Shown here piece by piece: positions 1 to 12,236 of a stretch of DNA of 64,000 bases. The notes beneath the pieces were generated by a model. It saw nothing but the letters and a program-made list of their open reading frames with translations, did no database searches and was not told the DNA's origin. The DNA lies in the NCBI GenBank assembly GCA_964187785.1, contig OZ076415.1, forward strand, positions 46,934,001 through 46,998,000, given 5' to 3'. A program made the position numbers and the translations under genes. This DNA comes from Amphiscolops sp. MND2022. Its lineage: Eukaryota. The first letter of the stretch is position 1. Every line of letters begins with the position of its first letter.

Positions 1-2230
1 CTTGCCACTGTAATAGTCGGGCTCATTTTCTTCTAAAATGCGCCGACTAAAAATAGTCAGTTAACGTATTTTCTAGCAATCCAGACGGCTGGGCCAAGTG
101 GTTCAATTCAAAGTTTTCCTCCGCGTTTCTCGGGGCGTGAGTTCGTTTTCGACGGCGAGCAGACTTCCAAATTTTATGCACAATTGGTCCTTATGATATC
201 ATTTGAGATTCGAGCACCTTTGGGTTTAAAACCTTTTCGTTCCGAATAAATTTTTAGAAACAATCCTAATTTCCGAAATTTGCAAAAGAATTGCAGACAC
301 AGCATGTTTCACTGAAATAATCCAAATAGGCTTCAAATCATTTGTTACTCAAAAAAATGACATTTTGCATTCACTCCTTTGAAGGTAAACAAAACTCAGT
401 GAATGAATAACTTACTATGAAAAACTAGTTAGCCTCATGTCATTAAAATCTAGAAGCTGTAATGGAAAAAAAAGCCGAGAACGGCCCAAGTAGGCGCCAT
501 ATCTAAGGCTCAAAAATAGCAAAAGGACTTCAAAATGTTAAAATGTTTGGTTAATTGGGGACCCTTTTATGAAATAAAAAATTTTGAAAGTCTCACAATG
601 CCGAAAAAACTGAAAGGGGGGACCCTTTGGGATTTTTCAACATTCATTCTGTTGGAAAATATTTTAAAAATGGAGGTGAATGACCCTTTGGTGAAAAAAT
701 TTCGAAAAAAGTCTCATGGAGCCGAAAATACTCTAAGGGAGTACCCTTTGGCCCCGTTGAGTTTCTTAGATGATGTAAAAACACTACTTCGTAAGGTAAG
801 TAAGAATTGTAAGAAAAGTGGACCATTCAGAGTGAGATTGTAAGCTGAAAAAAACTACCCACTGTAATAGTCGGGCTTTTTTCCTTCAGGTCGGGAAGGG
901 CATAAGCGGAAGCCTCACTCAAGATTCAAGAAGAGCAAACTTTTTAAAATATTCAAGGACAACTATTGTGAAACTTTTCAATAATCACACAGTGCCAGTG
1001 AATACCCACCCGAAAGGAGACTCGGAAACAGCTTTTTTTCTGAACTAAAAACATCAGAAAAACTCAAAATTTTGAAATTTTGAAAAATTGCAAATGACAG
1101 CTACTATGCCAGTTACAATTCAACCAAGATACAACTAATAGAAACCTGTCAGTCGCCGGACTCGAAAAGTCATTGCTTTCATCGAATTTTTTTTGAAAAG
1201 CGCCGACTAAAACTGCAGAACAGCAGAAATTTTGATGTTACTTCCAGATTTCTGATATAACGTTCATAACAATAAAAATGCGCTATATCCGGATTATTTA
1301 CGTTTTACCTGAATTAAACCTTGGGCCGAATTGCTAAAGAAATCAATCGCTTAAAGAAAAAGGACAAATGACAGGAAAGTGTTCATCAAACAAGACGGGA
1401 ACGTCTAAAGACGGCGCTAAATCTAAGGCTCAAAAAGCGCAAAGTTTTTAAAATAGTACACAGACGCTTCGCAACACATGACGAAGACATCGATTATTTT
1501 AATATGCGTATATATATTATTTTGATCGCATGCGTATATATTCAACAGTTCAACTTTGTTCAATAACGTCCCTATGGCACAGTGGTCAACACTTATGCCG
1601 TGTAATCGGGAGGCTGCAGGTTCGAATCTCTCTGGGGTTTTGGCTTTTATCTAAAAGGCGCTCATTATGAAGTTGACTATAGTGGAAAAAAAACTTACTT
1701 AGCTGGACTGCAATGCACATTGACTTCGTCATGTGCAAAAGGGGGACCTTTTGGTATTTTTGAAAATCCATTTTGTTGCAAAATATCAAAAAAAATTAAG
1801 GGGGACCTTTTGGAGACATTAAAAAAATTTTTCGAGAAAAAACGAAAAATTAGAATTTTGAAGCAGTCTCATAGTGTCGAAAAACTTGAAAGTGAAGACC
1901 ATTTGGGCTTTTTAAAATTTCAGTTTGATGCAAAATATCAAAAAACTTGAAAGGGGACCTTTGGCGACAGAAAAAAATCGAAAAAAGTCACAGTGCCGAA
2001 AAAATTCAAAGGAGGGTTATAGTCTCGTCCGGTTTTGTATCTTACGTTAAAAATGGAATAAATGAAAGGGGGGACCCTTTGCACTAACTTAGATGCGTTT
2101 CCGTTTGCCGGTCCAGTAGTTTAGTTCTGTAAAAAGTGTCCACTACGCATACATTCTGTTATCTGACAAAAAAAAACTTGCAACTGTAATAGTCGGGCAC
2201 ATTTCGTTGAAATGCGCCGACTAAAAATGG
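1..2230. repeat. Mosaic of an abundant interspersed AT-rich repeat family
   Basis: Recurring motifs ACTGTAATAGTCGGGC...AAATGCGCCGACTAAAA (approx. 7, 861, 2183), CTAAGGCTCAAAAA and AAGGGGGACCCTTT. The same motifs recur at 6370-6900 and, inverted, at 53830-54330 and approx. 60440-60470. No credible protein. Confidence 0.75.
1475..1735. mobile_element. Short TIR element (MITE-like) with internal tRNA-derived segment, copy 1
   Basis: Termini CACATGACGAAG...CTTCGTCATGTG, flanked by CAA on both sides. Internal 1568-1639 has an A box (TGGCACAGTGG) and B box (GGTTCGAATC). Near-identical copy at 11393-11648. Confidence 0.7.
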
Positions 2231-4735
2231 CGACGAAAGTAAGAAGAGGAAATAGTATAATACTTCTATGTCGAAATATATTTTTGCTAGTTGAAACTTC
2301 AAGACATTTCACAGTATTTTCCTTAAACAGAATGGTTGAATAGAAAAGAAGGGGAATTAGACCATGTTTCTTAGTTCCCGCCAGATATACCATGTTTCTT
2401 ATATCCCCCCAACACAAAAGCAAGTTTTATGCTTGAAAAAATTATCCGGACTTTTTTCTGACAAAAAGGCATGAATTCACCACTGTAACAAGCTAAAATT
2501 GTACACAAAAGCCCTATACAGCAAATGTTCTCCGCCATAAATTGAAATGAGCAACTTTTAACTATGGATTAATGCAAAAGATAGGATTATGCCGACATCG
2601 ATTATTTTATTGGGCCAAAATTTCAACGCGAACGATGTCGATATAAAGGCATTTGACCCTTAATTGTTAACACCCCCGCGACAGCTTGGGGGGAATTAGG
2701 AACATGGTCCGGGGAATCTTGTAAAATAATAGGACAAACCAGTGATGATCATTTTTGTTTCAAAAATGATTCTTTCCTCAATTAACCAAACAATAATAGA
2801 AAAATTTAAATTATCTCAAAATACTCTGTTGAACCAATTCCTTTAGATATACAATTGATGAAATTTCTTGTCAGGAATTGTTTTTCTCTAAGTGAGTTTC
2901 TGTAATTCCATTCTTTCAATGCACTCATTCTACTAAGACACTGTTTCACTGTAGCGTTGAAAGCGTTAGAAAGACTTAACAGAATCGAAGAATTGACCAA
3001 ACCTCTTGAGCTTATTCTTTCCAAATTCTTTGATTGATTCCATTCAGGCACTCAAAAATGATTTCTATTTATAACTGTGGAATCATTGAATTAACTCTTA
3101 TAAATTACATTAATCATTTAAATTATTCTTTAATAAAATGATGGTCACTGGCACGAGCCGATCCTTATATGTACATCACTGTTTGATACGGTCTGAAATA
3201 CTCGTACGTGGAGGATCTATAAAAAGAAAGCAGTAGAAAAATGAATTTGTACCTATTCTAAATCCAAATGGAAGATAGATCAATGAATTTACATTATTAA
3301 TAACTCATTCTCCCTTTGTGTTAAGTGAACATGCAAATTGGGACGACACAGAGGGCATTCAAGTGGAGAAGGGACAGCAGCAGCAGCAATAGGGAACAGC
3401 TGGGAAGGGGTTGATGAAAAAGTAGTCGCCTGTTTGTCGTCGCTTATGAAATAAAGAAAAGACAATCTTTCATTTCTTTCTTGGTGGTTTTTTCAAGTAA
3501 GTAAAGGTTAATGCAAACAATTATCATTACAATAATAAATTATTACCATCAGAAATTAATCACTCCGCTTTTTAGATCATTCTCCAATTAACTAATGTCG
3601 ATACAAACCAAATGGAGCCATAAGAATTTTCGCTCAAATTCAACGAGGTTTCGGACTTGCATTTCTAAGGTTTAGTATGACCAAAGATTGAATAGTAACA
3701 GAAATGACGCTTAATTAAGCTTATGGACGATTTTCATAAGGAGTTAGTAAAAAATAAATTGCATCAGAAGTTTTGCTGCATCAAAAACTATATTGAGTTA
3801 TTAATTAGTTATAATTGCAAAAGACGTGACTGATGGACTGACTGTATTTATTGACTAAGGGCAACGCTCACATGTGCATGAAAATAGGGTGCATTAGAAC
3901 GGGAATCACAGATGAAATTGCCGATAGAATTCAGTGTCACACGGTGATTTATTAATTTTCATTCCAAAACACTGAAACACGATTGGTGAAAAAAATTGCA
4001 GACTGAACGCTCATCTTATTTTTAAAGGTTCAATTCTCATGAAAATCAATGTTTCCTAGATGGCATAATCGGCAACTGCATCTGAAAATAACAGGAGACA
4101 ACAAGCCACAAGGCAAAATAGCAGCACGTATAAAGATAATTTAGAGAATAAACCAAAGTAAAATTCGCTTGAGCCAAATCTTTCAAATACAACAAAAAAT
4201 TATCCCCAAAGATAGTTTTAATCTTAGCAAAAACAAGCCACTGATTTTGATCAAAAACCGTATATCACTTTCGTCTATGTAGCACGAGACTACTTGGCTA
4301 TCATATATGCTCAGATATCGAAAGGCTGATTAAAATTTAGTCATCAATAGACGTTTTAATAGAGTAATGCTTCTTTCAAAAACACTGATTGATCGATGGA
4401 AGGCAAGCGAATTTAATTGCCCTCGCTAAGGCAAGCAAGGGCATGATAATGACATCATGGTGGACCAATTTGAAAATACCGTATTTCTTAACATACAAGA
4501 CTGAAGGCTTCAAATCTATTCAAAATCTTCCAAAACCAAATAATGCTCCATATCCCAAAGAGACATTTGGATTTTATTTCAGAAATACGGCAGTCAATAA
4601 ATAAATTTGAGCAGTTAATAAATACCAAAAAAGATGGGCGAGCTACGCGTGATTCAAAAAGCATGAAGTTCACGTTCAGTGAAAGTTTTGAATTTTTGGA
4701 TTAAGCAATTTATTATAAAGCAATTTAAACCAATT

Positions 4736-5458
4736 CTACCATCGGGACGCACTTGTGGTGGGTGCCACCCCGTACACATTCACGTTTTTAATATTCTCAG
4801 ACGAACTCGAGTTTCCTCCACTGGCGGTGTTGTCGGCAGAAACAGTGAGATACCTGGAAAGCATGTTGAACATTTGCGCATGTAGTTGCTTAAATGAAGC
4901 AGCTCTATTGAGAAACTCGACCAGGTTGATGCTTTCGTTAGAATTGGAGAGGGTCAAGAATTCAGCGACAGGAGTATCGTCGCATTCATTGCAATCCAAC
5001 AGAGTGAAACACATGTCCAACGCTTCGAACCTTCGTTGTTGACCTAGCAGGGCAATGAGGGTGCAGGCGCCTAGAATGACCCCATCTCCGATTATATCCA
5101 CGGATAAATAATTGTGCGACTGTTTGTAAACAGGGGGCGGGGGTATGCAAAAACATAGCTGCATGCCACTCCAAAGTCTGTGAAACTCAGAAGTTTCGTT
5201 GATCTCCACCACAATCTTGTCTTGTCTGCCTTGCCAGAAGGTTTCGGTGGACAGCACCTGACCTATTCGCTTGAGGAATGTATCGAACACGGACAGACCA
5301 CAGCAGAGGCGTTCTTTAGTGAGCAGGTCAGATTCCCTGACTATAGACACCTCTGTTTCCGTGCAACACGACTCAATGACGGATACAGCGTGGTGTGTTT
5401 TGTATTTGATCTCTGCACGTTTCCGCTTTTCTTCTTTACTGTCTCCGGGTCTGACGTA
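4736..5458 (-). CDS. CYFIP: CYFIP/Sra-1, coding exon 3 (C-terminus)
   Basis: Encodes YVRPGD...IKYKTHHAVSVIE...RESDLLTKERLCCGLSVF...EFHRLWSGMQ...LLGQQRRFEALD, matching the CYFIP1/2 C-terminus (REGDLLTKERLCCGLSMF, EFHRLWSAMQ). An in-frame TAG directly upstream provides the AG acceptor at 5459-5460. Confidence 0.9.
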   Translation of the reverse strand, partial: YVRPGDSKEEKRKRAEIKYKTHHAVSVIESCCTETEVSIVRESDLLTKERLCCGLSVFDTFLKRIGQVLSTETFWQGRQDKIVVEINETSEFHRLWSGMQLCFCIPPPPVYKQSHNYLSVDIIGDGVILGACTLIALLGQQRRFEALDMCFTLLDCNECDDTPVAEFLTLSNSNESINLVEFLNRAASFKQLHAQMFNMLSRYLTVSADNTASGGNSSSSENIKNVNVYGVAPTTSASRW

Positions 5459-6041
5459 CTATTTGGGGAACAGGTATGACGATTAAAACTATTATTTTTG
5501 ATACAATTTCTCCTTCGTAACACAAAAACAATCTTGCTAAACTTGAATTAGCTTCATTTACAGTGGCGCGCGAAAAATTTAGGAAAAATTATGGACCCAT
5601 TTCTTTTCCAGTTTGTTTGAGGAACCCATCCCATTCTCATGCTTCCGGCTAGTACGGAAGGGTCCCAAATTTTCTTCCACCAACTTTGTACAAATTCGAA
5701 GAGAACAGGTGTATAAAAACGTTTACACCAAAAAAAAAACAGTTCCCGGTCCTAGACAATTTAATTCGTTTCCAAGTTAATTTTCTTGTTTTCAAAAACA
5801 AATACACTAGGTTACCAAAACGGTAAATACACTTGCGTTGACTAGCAAAAAATGCATCTGACAAAAAAGTCAAATTCTATCAGACTTTTTGTTTTGAAGA
5901 TGAATGAAAAATTTGAAGACTTTTGCACTTGAGACTTCTTAGACAAATGCATATCCGAATAAATAACGCGCTTTCAACATTTTCGCCTCTGCTATTAGTT
6001 GTCTTCAACTTTTTGGTACTTTAGTTGTTGATTGGTCATGC

Positions 6042-6281
6042 CTGTTTGGGGATGTTCATCTGGAAGAGAGAGGCCTGGATGAGATCCTGGACTTCTTCCA
6101 GGGACAGGTTCTGTTCCAGCAGCTGCACGAACTGCACGGCATTGCCCAGCTGGTTCAGCGAGTGCATGAGGGCGACGCGGTCTCCGTTGTGGAACAGATT
6201 GTATTGGTTCTGAATGTAGTATTGCAAAGCACTCTCCACTCTGTATTGCAACGGACTGATTTTGTTCTCGTATGGCATCAC
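6042..6281 (-). CDS. CYFIP: CYFIP/Sra-1, coding exon 2
   Basis: VMPYENK...LGNAVQFVQLLEQNLSLEEVQDLIQASLFQMNIPKQ matches CYFIP ([34 protein letters not shown]). Acceptor TTTTTCGTAG at 6282; 240 nt, phase 0/0; donor is GC. Confidence 0.88.
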
Positions 6282-6369
6282 CTACGAAAAATAATGTTAC
6301 ATGAACAATTCAATCAATTGGATAAAATATTGAAGGAAGAAACTTGTGGAAAAGTAGACAACTGTCACT

Positions 6370-6900
6370 TAAAATACAAACAAGCCGAGAATGGCCAAAG
6401 TTGAAGCTATACCTAAGGCTCAAAAAGCGCAAAATTTCTAAAAATATGCCCATGTTTTAAGAAAAACTCACAAAACAGTTTCGAAACACTTTCGGAAAGC
6501 CGAAATGGCCGAACTGGTGCACCAGGTGCCCGCTAGCGCGGGAATGCGGTGCGCTGGGGACCATGTGGTATTTTCTAACATCCTTCCTGTTACAAAAAAT
6601 CAAAAAAAAAATGAAGGGGATCATTTGGGTGCAATAAAAAAATTTTCGGAAATAAGTTTCACACTGCCGAAAAAAGTTAACAACACCAAAGAAGGAATTC
6701 CTGGTATCTTTTCGAGGTTATGGACCTCGGTTTTCTTTGATTTAGGTTCTGACGTTGCCAGTATGCTTTGGACATCCGCAGTTCAAGTTGAACAAATGAA
6801 CAAAAAAGTGGGCCTACGCGTATAAAAAAAACTACACATTGTAAGAGTCGGGCACTTTTCTTCAAAAGCGCCGACTAAAAACAAGGAAAACCATAGGGGA
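6370..6900. repeat. Copy of the abundant interspersed repeat inside CYFIP intron 1
   Basis: CTAAGGCTCAAAAAGCGC (approx. 6413) and GAGTCGGGCACTTTTCTTCAAAAGCGCCGACTAAAA (approx. 6845), shared with 1-2230. Confidence 0.65.
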
Positions 6901-8409
6901 GGGGATTTATTGAAGCATAGAATAGAAGTGAGCAGTACTGTCTCATGTTTTATAGGAACAAAGCTCTGTGGCTTCATATCTGTATCGCAAAACGTCACGA
7001 ATGCTCAAACAGAAAGAACTTGTACAGGGATCAATCCATATTAGAACAATTGGTGGTCTTTATGATAAGATGACCCTTAGGGCAGAAATGACCCTTAGTC
7101 ATTGATGACAGAATTTAATATAGCTTATACTATAAACAAAAAATGAATAGAATTCTATCAGTCATTAGTTTTCCTATAATAGACGATATAGCCGATATAT
7201 TCCGATATAGCGTTGAAATGCCTAAATTATGAACAATTTGATCAGTCTAATAGACTATAATAGAATTGCATATTATGATCATCTCTGCCTTGGGGTAGGT
7301 ATTCATCGATGGTAAAGTAGGTACCACGTGGCCCCACTCAAGAGATCTTATCCTTCAAATGATCAACTTCAGCGGCCGCCATTTTACTACATGAAAATAA
7401 AGCTTCACAAAAAAGATGAGATCGATCATTCACATTTGACTCAGTTAAAACCTTCATGCTGCAATTTCCAGAAAATAAAGAAGGAGGCTGAACATTGTTT
7501 ATTGAAATGTTGTGTAACTTTGAACGAGGAGCAAGTTTGAGCTTCTCGCAGAGCATTACATGTATCCAAGCATGTTTGTACTCTTTCAGTTCCTCAGTTT
7601 GGTCCAAAGAAACATGACTTCTTTACGGATTACACCGTTTCTGTATACAAATAACACGTACAAGAACAGCTTTACTTAAGTCTCAGTCCCAGTTGCGAGT
7701 ATTAATGAACCTCGCAAGCAACAGTTTGATTATAACATTTAGTAGTACACTGTACAACATTTAGTAGTAGCCCTCTGTGTAAACTCTTCGTAGTACTCTA
7801 TTCGCTTATAATGTGGTGATTTTTCCATTCATTCTACATGAAAGGGTCTGCAAACTTAGTAATGATTAGTTGATTAATCGATATGGCCTTGAAATGCCTA
7901 AATTATGAATACTTTGATCAGTCTCTTCGAGAAATCGCGATTTATAATCAAATTATCGAAACAACTGAGGCAATTGTCCCGCTTCAACCTCAAAGGACAT
8001 ATCAAAGAAATCTAGTTATTATGTAATTGCAACCAATTCCGGTTTATAACGTCAGCGTACGGCAGAAGAAGTATGCGATGTTATTGGGGAATTCATTTGT
8101 TTGATAATAGAACTCAGTACCGTTCCTTTTGGAAAACGATGTAGAATTTTAGGCTTGAATAGCATTAACTTTCATGAATTAAAAGGTCTTGAAACTTTCC
8201 TAAGGAGAATCATTTGACTGATTTTGGATTAAAACTCTAGACTCCCCGTTAAATAAGAAACAGACAACTATCATATTTTTTAAATTACCCCTTTCTGTAA
8301 ATTGTCTCTGCTGTGCTGTCTTAATTTTTAAAACTGAATTTATTACTGAATTTTTAGGTACACTACCTCTTGGTAAGGTAATGAGTAAGGAATAAGTGGA
8401 AAAACGAAC

Positions 8410-11301
8410 CTTCGAGAGGCGAATAGCCTGATTGACCAAGTGATTGGAGGTTGCATTGTCAGTTGGTGTCAATTTCGAAGTAATTTCTTTGACAATTTCT
8501 TCAATCAAAACTGCAATTCCTTGATAGCCCAACATGTTGCACATAATTTTCAAGTGTTCGGAACCAATGAAAGTAGAGTAGAGGTCACAAATTTGATTGA
8601 AGGCCCTGTTGAGGGAAGTGGAGCCGTAAAGGTGGAACAATTCCACGTGACTAAGAGGATTATCGCGGTGCTTTGTAGCCTGGTCGCCTATTCGAACACC
8701 AGCAGCACTGACTACTTGTTTCGTGAATCTTTGCGTGCTGAAGTTGAAACAGTAGCCGGGTAGTAAACAATTATTTACTTCGTGAAAAACATGTAGCGTT
8801 ATGATTCCATAGGGTGCAACAATGTTGTTGTTAGCTTCCTTCACTAAATCTTCGAAGTTTGGGAGCAAAATTTGCTCACTCAAGAGTTTATGACACAATT
8901 TATTCACTTCCAACAGCATGTCTAATTCTACCAATCCATGGAGATCTCGACTCGTGAATTTTCGAATAGCAACAATCAATGACTGCTGGAGCAAAGAAAT
9001 TATCCGCTGGGCAATAACTCGGCTCAAATCCACAGATCTACCCAACAGCTGAACATGACGCTGACGGAGAATAGTATCGTATCTTATAGCTGCAGGGAAA
9101 GGAAGATCTTGGCCCAATTTTGATTTTTCCGCCCGAAACTTTTTGTCCAACAGCAAACTGGACGCCATCACTTTATAATGCCCGTAGATTTTTTCAGACA
9201 GCGTGACTATGAGTTGATCGAAACACAAATTCAACTCGGCTTCAATTTCGTCATACAAAAACTGTTTTTTGAACTTCGTAAGTGCGTAAGTACCTGAGTC
9301 GTTGTAGAGATCGAATGGAACCAATACATGTTCCAGCATTGCACTACAGTCCTCGGAATTGATTATGTGGTTGGCCAAAATCCAAGGCATGGACATATCG
9401 ATTGGGAACTGAATGTGTTTTCCCATCGCCATCTCGAGGTAGAATTCTCTGAACCACAGTTGTGACAAATCACAAGCATCAAAGAGGCTCTGGTTGAAGT
9501 TGAGCATATAACTCCAGAAGTAACTGTGCAAATGAAACTGTTCTATTGCTTGTACACACGAGCCCTCCAATTCTTTCCTCAGCGAATCCTTCTTCTTGGT
9601 ACCACCGGCACCTCGTTCGCTCAAGGAGCTTTCAATCATGGTGCGAACCATGTAAAGCTGAGTGCTGGAAGGTCCCACGGACTTTCGTGGCAGTATTATC
9701 GTGTACCCAGATTTCGGGTCCTTTTCTCCCTTTAGAGCAGGGTCGTCAACGGGAGGTCTTTTGTCATTCCAATCTGCACAGCAGTCTCTGATAGCTTGCA
9801 AATGTTGTTGCAAGTTCGGCCGCTTTTTCTTCACAGCTTGTCGAATGGGCTCTCTGAGTGTGAGTTGAACAAAATTCTGCAGCTCATAGTACGTGTGACT
9901 TTTCACTGCTTCTGTAAGCATGCTCTCCATTTCCAGCATCAATTTCTGCATGCTTTTTATCATGGAAATCGCCTCCACAATTGCTGTGCATTCTTCAGGG
10001 CTGTAATTATATTTAGTCACCAACGCATAATCCGTATCCATGTCTTCATGAATCTTCGGTTTATCCCTCACAGGGTTGACCAACTTCCATGAAAGAACTT
10101 CAGACACAACTGAGTTCCACGCAGCTACACATCTCAGACAGTGCAGAGCAGCTAAGTAAATGTCACGGTTTCTCAAATCTGCTTTCTCAGCGGCAAAGTA
10201 ATCCGTCAACGGACTCTCGTTCTTTATTTTGCTCAACTCAACCATCAGAGCGTGATGCTGGACTCTCATTGAGGCAATTTTGTCAAGAATCGATGACTGA
10301 GCACAAACATTGCCACCTTGCGTGCAAGTCCAGCGAGATGTGTTTTCCTGAAAACACTTTAGCTTCTTAATATAAGTCGGAAGTTCGATTTGCATGTCAC
10401 CGAATATGGGAACAACTTGTACGCCTTTGATGAACTTGTCAATTTTGACTAAATTGAGCTTCTTTTTCTCTTCTAGTTTGTACACTGGGATGTTCATACC
10501 GTCTAGAAGATACAACCCAAACACCATCACTTTCAAGAGAATTTCTTTCTCTTTTGGCAGAACGAAATGTTTATTTTCGTACATATTGCAACATGCGCTG
10601 ACAACATCAGCCAGAAGATCCTCCGCTCCATTGATGTGTTCCAACTTTGTTTGCAGACTTTTAGAAATTTTGTCGTTATCGGCTAGGAAAAGAGTCAAGT
10701 TTTGTGATTCATGAATCATCTGACTATCGTTCATCTTCTTCAGGATCTGGTTTGCTCTTCGATAGGCAGCATGATCGTTTTTTATTGAAGCTTTCGCATT
10801 TTTCAGAGCATCAAGCACCGCAAACATGTTGATGAATCTGCCCAGTGTCCATAGATAAACCTCTGACACGAAATCTTTCCGACACATTCTTTTTATTTCA
10901 GTGATGAATCTTTCTGTAGCTTTGTTAACAAAATAATAGAAATTTTTCAATTTGGTTATTTCTGGCTCATAAACGTCAATTATTTTTTGATAGACGTCAA
11001 TTTTATCAAATTGATCAGTTGCGGGTATTGGTTGAGCTCGAGAGCAGCATCTCCAGGTGTACATCATGACTGCGTACTGTTCTCCCTCTTCCAACAAAGT
11101 ATTTAAATTTGCCTGTACAACCGCTTCTTCATTGAACTTCGCATTGCCCATGATGAAAGAATTTCGATCTTGAAAGTTGGTATCGAAATCTGCTCTGTAA
11201 AGTAAGCTCGTGGAATAGGCTTCAATTGCGGGTACTGAGTCGCCAACGGCGATTTCGCCCAAAACGCGCACATTTGACAGTGCATCTTCGAGCATTGGCA
11301 T
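8410..11301 (-). CDS. CYFIP: CYFIP/Sra-1 (cytoplasmic FMR1-interacting protein, WAVE complex subunit), coding exon 1 (964 codons)
   Basis: Starts MPMLEDALSNV (cf. TLEDALSNV). Contains DFDTNFQDRNSF, YTWRCCSRA, PSSTQLYMVRTMIES, DLSQLWFREFYLE, QFPIDMSMPWIL and DLYNDSG. Donor AAG|GTTCGT at 8409. The spliced product is about 1284 aa, similar to CYFIP1/2. Confidence 0.93.
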
Positions 11302-11392
11302 TGTTCTCCGGTAAATCAGATATTGTTCATTATGGACATACAGCTTCTGAAAAACAATCTTTTCTACACAGAGGCGAAGCGGTGCTTCGCAA

Positions 11393-11648
11393 CACATGAC
11401 GAAGACGATCATTTTAATATGCGTATATATTATTTTAATCGCATGCGTATATATTCAACAGTTCAACTTTGTTCAATAACGTCCCTATGGCACAGTGGTC
11501 AACACATATGCCGTGCAATCGGGAGGCTGCAGGTTCGAATCTCTCTGGGGTTTTGGCTTTTATCTAAAAGGCGCTCATTATGAAGTTGATTATTGTGGAA
11601 AAAAAACTTAGTTAGCTGGACTGCAATGCACATTGACTTCGTCATGTG
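11393..11648. mobile_element. Short TIR element with tRNA-derived core, copy 2, about 90 bp upstream of the CYFIP ATG
   Basis: Same TIRs and CAA flanks as 1475-1735; A/B boxes at 11481-11552. Confidence 0.7.
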
Positions 11649-12008
11649 CAATAAAGGGGGGCATCGATTAAGCAAAAAGTTTGACTAATCGACTTCATTC
11701 AAAAAATCAGAATTTTCAATTGACTACAAAAAATTGGGGTTTTCATGGTACAGTTTTTACACAATAATATATTAGTAAGAAAACTTAAACGTACAATCTC
11801 AGTTTTTGTACATTTAATGTGATCTTTTTGAACGATACATAAGTTTGGAATTCATTGACTGCAAAAACTTATTTGGAATATATCCAAACAAAATAGCTTT
11901 CCTATTGTTTTCGATCGGTTCTAGACTACTACTGTCCCTCCATAAATCAGCAACGCAAGTAAGATAGGGGGACCCGACAGACTTTAGCTATTCTTGCAAC
12001 GGTACTCC

Positions 12009-12212
12009 TAAGTGTGGTCCCTAGAAGAGGTTAGCGTATTTGTTGTATGGCTCGGTCGCTTCGCTCCCTTCGCCAAGTAGCAACAATGAGGCATGGCCAT
12101 ATGGCACATCGCTCCGCATCGCGCCTGCATTTGGGGCACTAGGGGTATGTGAACATAGCTGACGACGTTATAATAATTATTATTCCGACGAATCATGTAG
12201 GGACCACACTTA
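12009..12212. mobile_element. MITE with 15-bp perfect terminal inverted repeat (TA-bounded)
   Basis: TAAGTGTGGTCCCTA (12009-12023) and TAGGGACCACACTTA (12198-12212). The internal core is an inverted copy of 13320-13490. Confidence 0.65.
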
Positions 12213-12236
12213 TATATAGGGGACAACACTTAGCGG

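Noticed and set aside
1568-1639. Possible tRNA gene (also 11481-11552)
   Set aside because: A/B boxes are present, but the stems are imperfect, the anticodon differs between copies and both lie within a repeat; treated as tRNA-derived.
535-2423. Short Lys/Phe-rich ORFs (535-843, 1720-1950, 2121-2423), also 54099-54461
   Set aside because: Chance frames in the AT-rich interspersed repeat; no domain signal.
2800-3460. Possible exons of another minus-strand gene (ORF 2806-3051; GC-richer patches at approx. 3140-3220 and 3340-3440)
   Set aside because: No recognisable homology, and I could not build a consistent spliced frame.
7260-7700. ORFs 7328-7540 and 7338-7607 in CYFIP intron 1
   Set aside because: No recognisable motif; probably a decayed repeat between two copies of the TTGAAATGCCTAAATTATG motif.
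8200-8409. C-terminal tail of the same ORF (VRFSTYSLL...)
   Set aside because: Read-through into intron 1; the CYFIP sequence continues in the exon at 6281.
11302-11412. N-terminal extension of the 1070-aa CYFIP ORF in the track
   Set aside because: It begins inside the TIR element and has no CYFIP similarity; homology starts at MPMLEDALSNV (11301).
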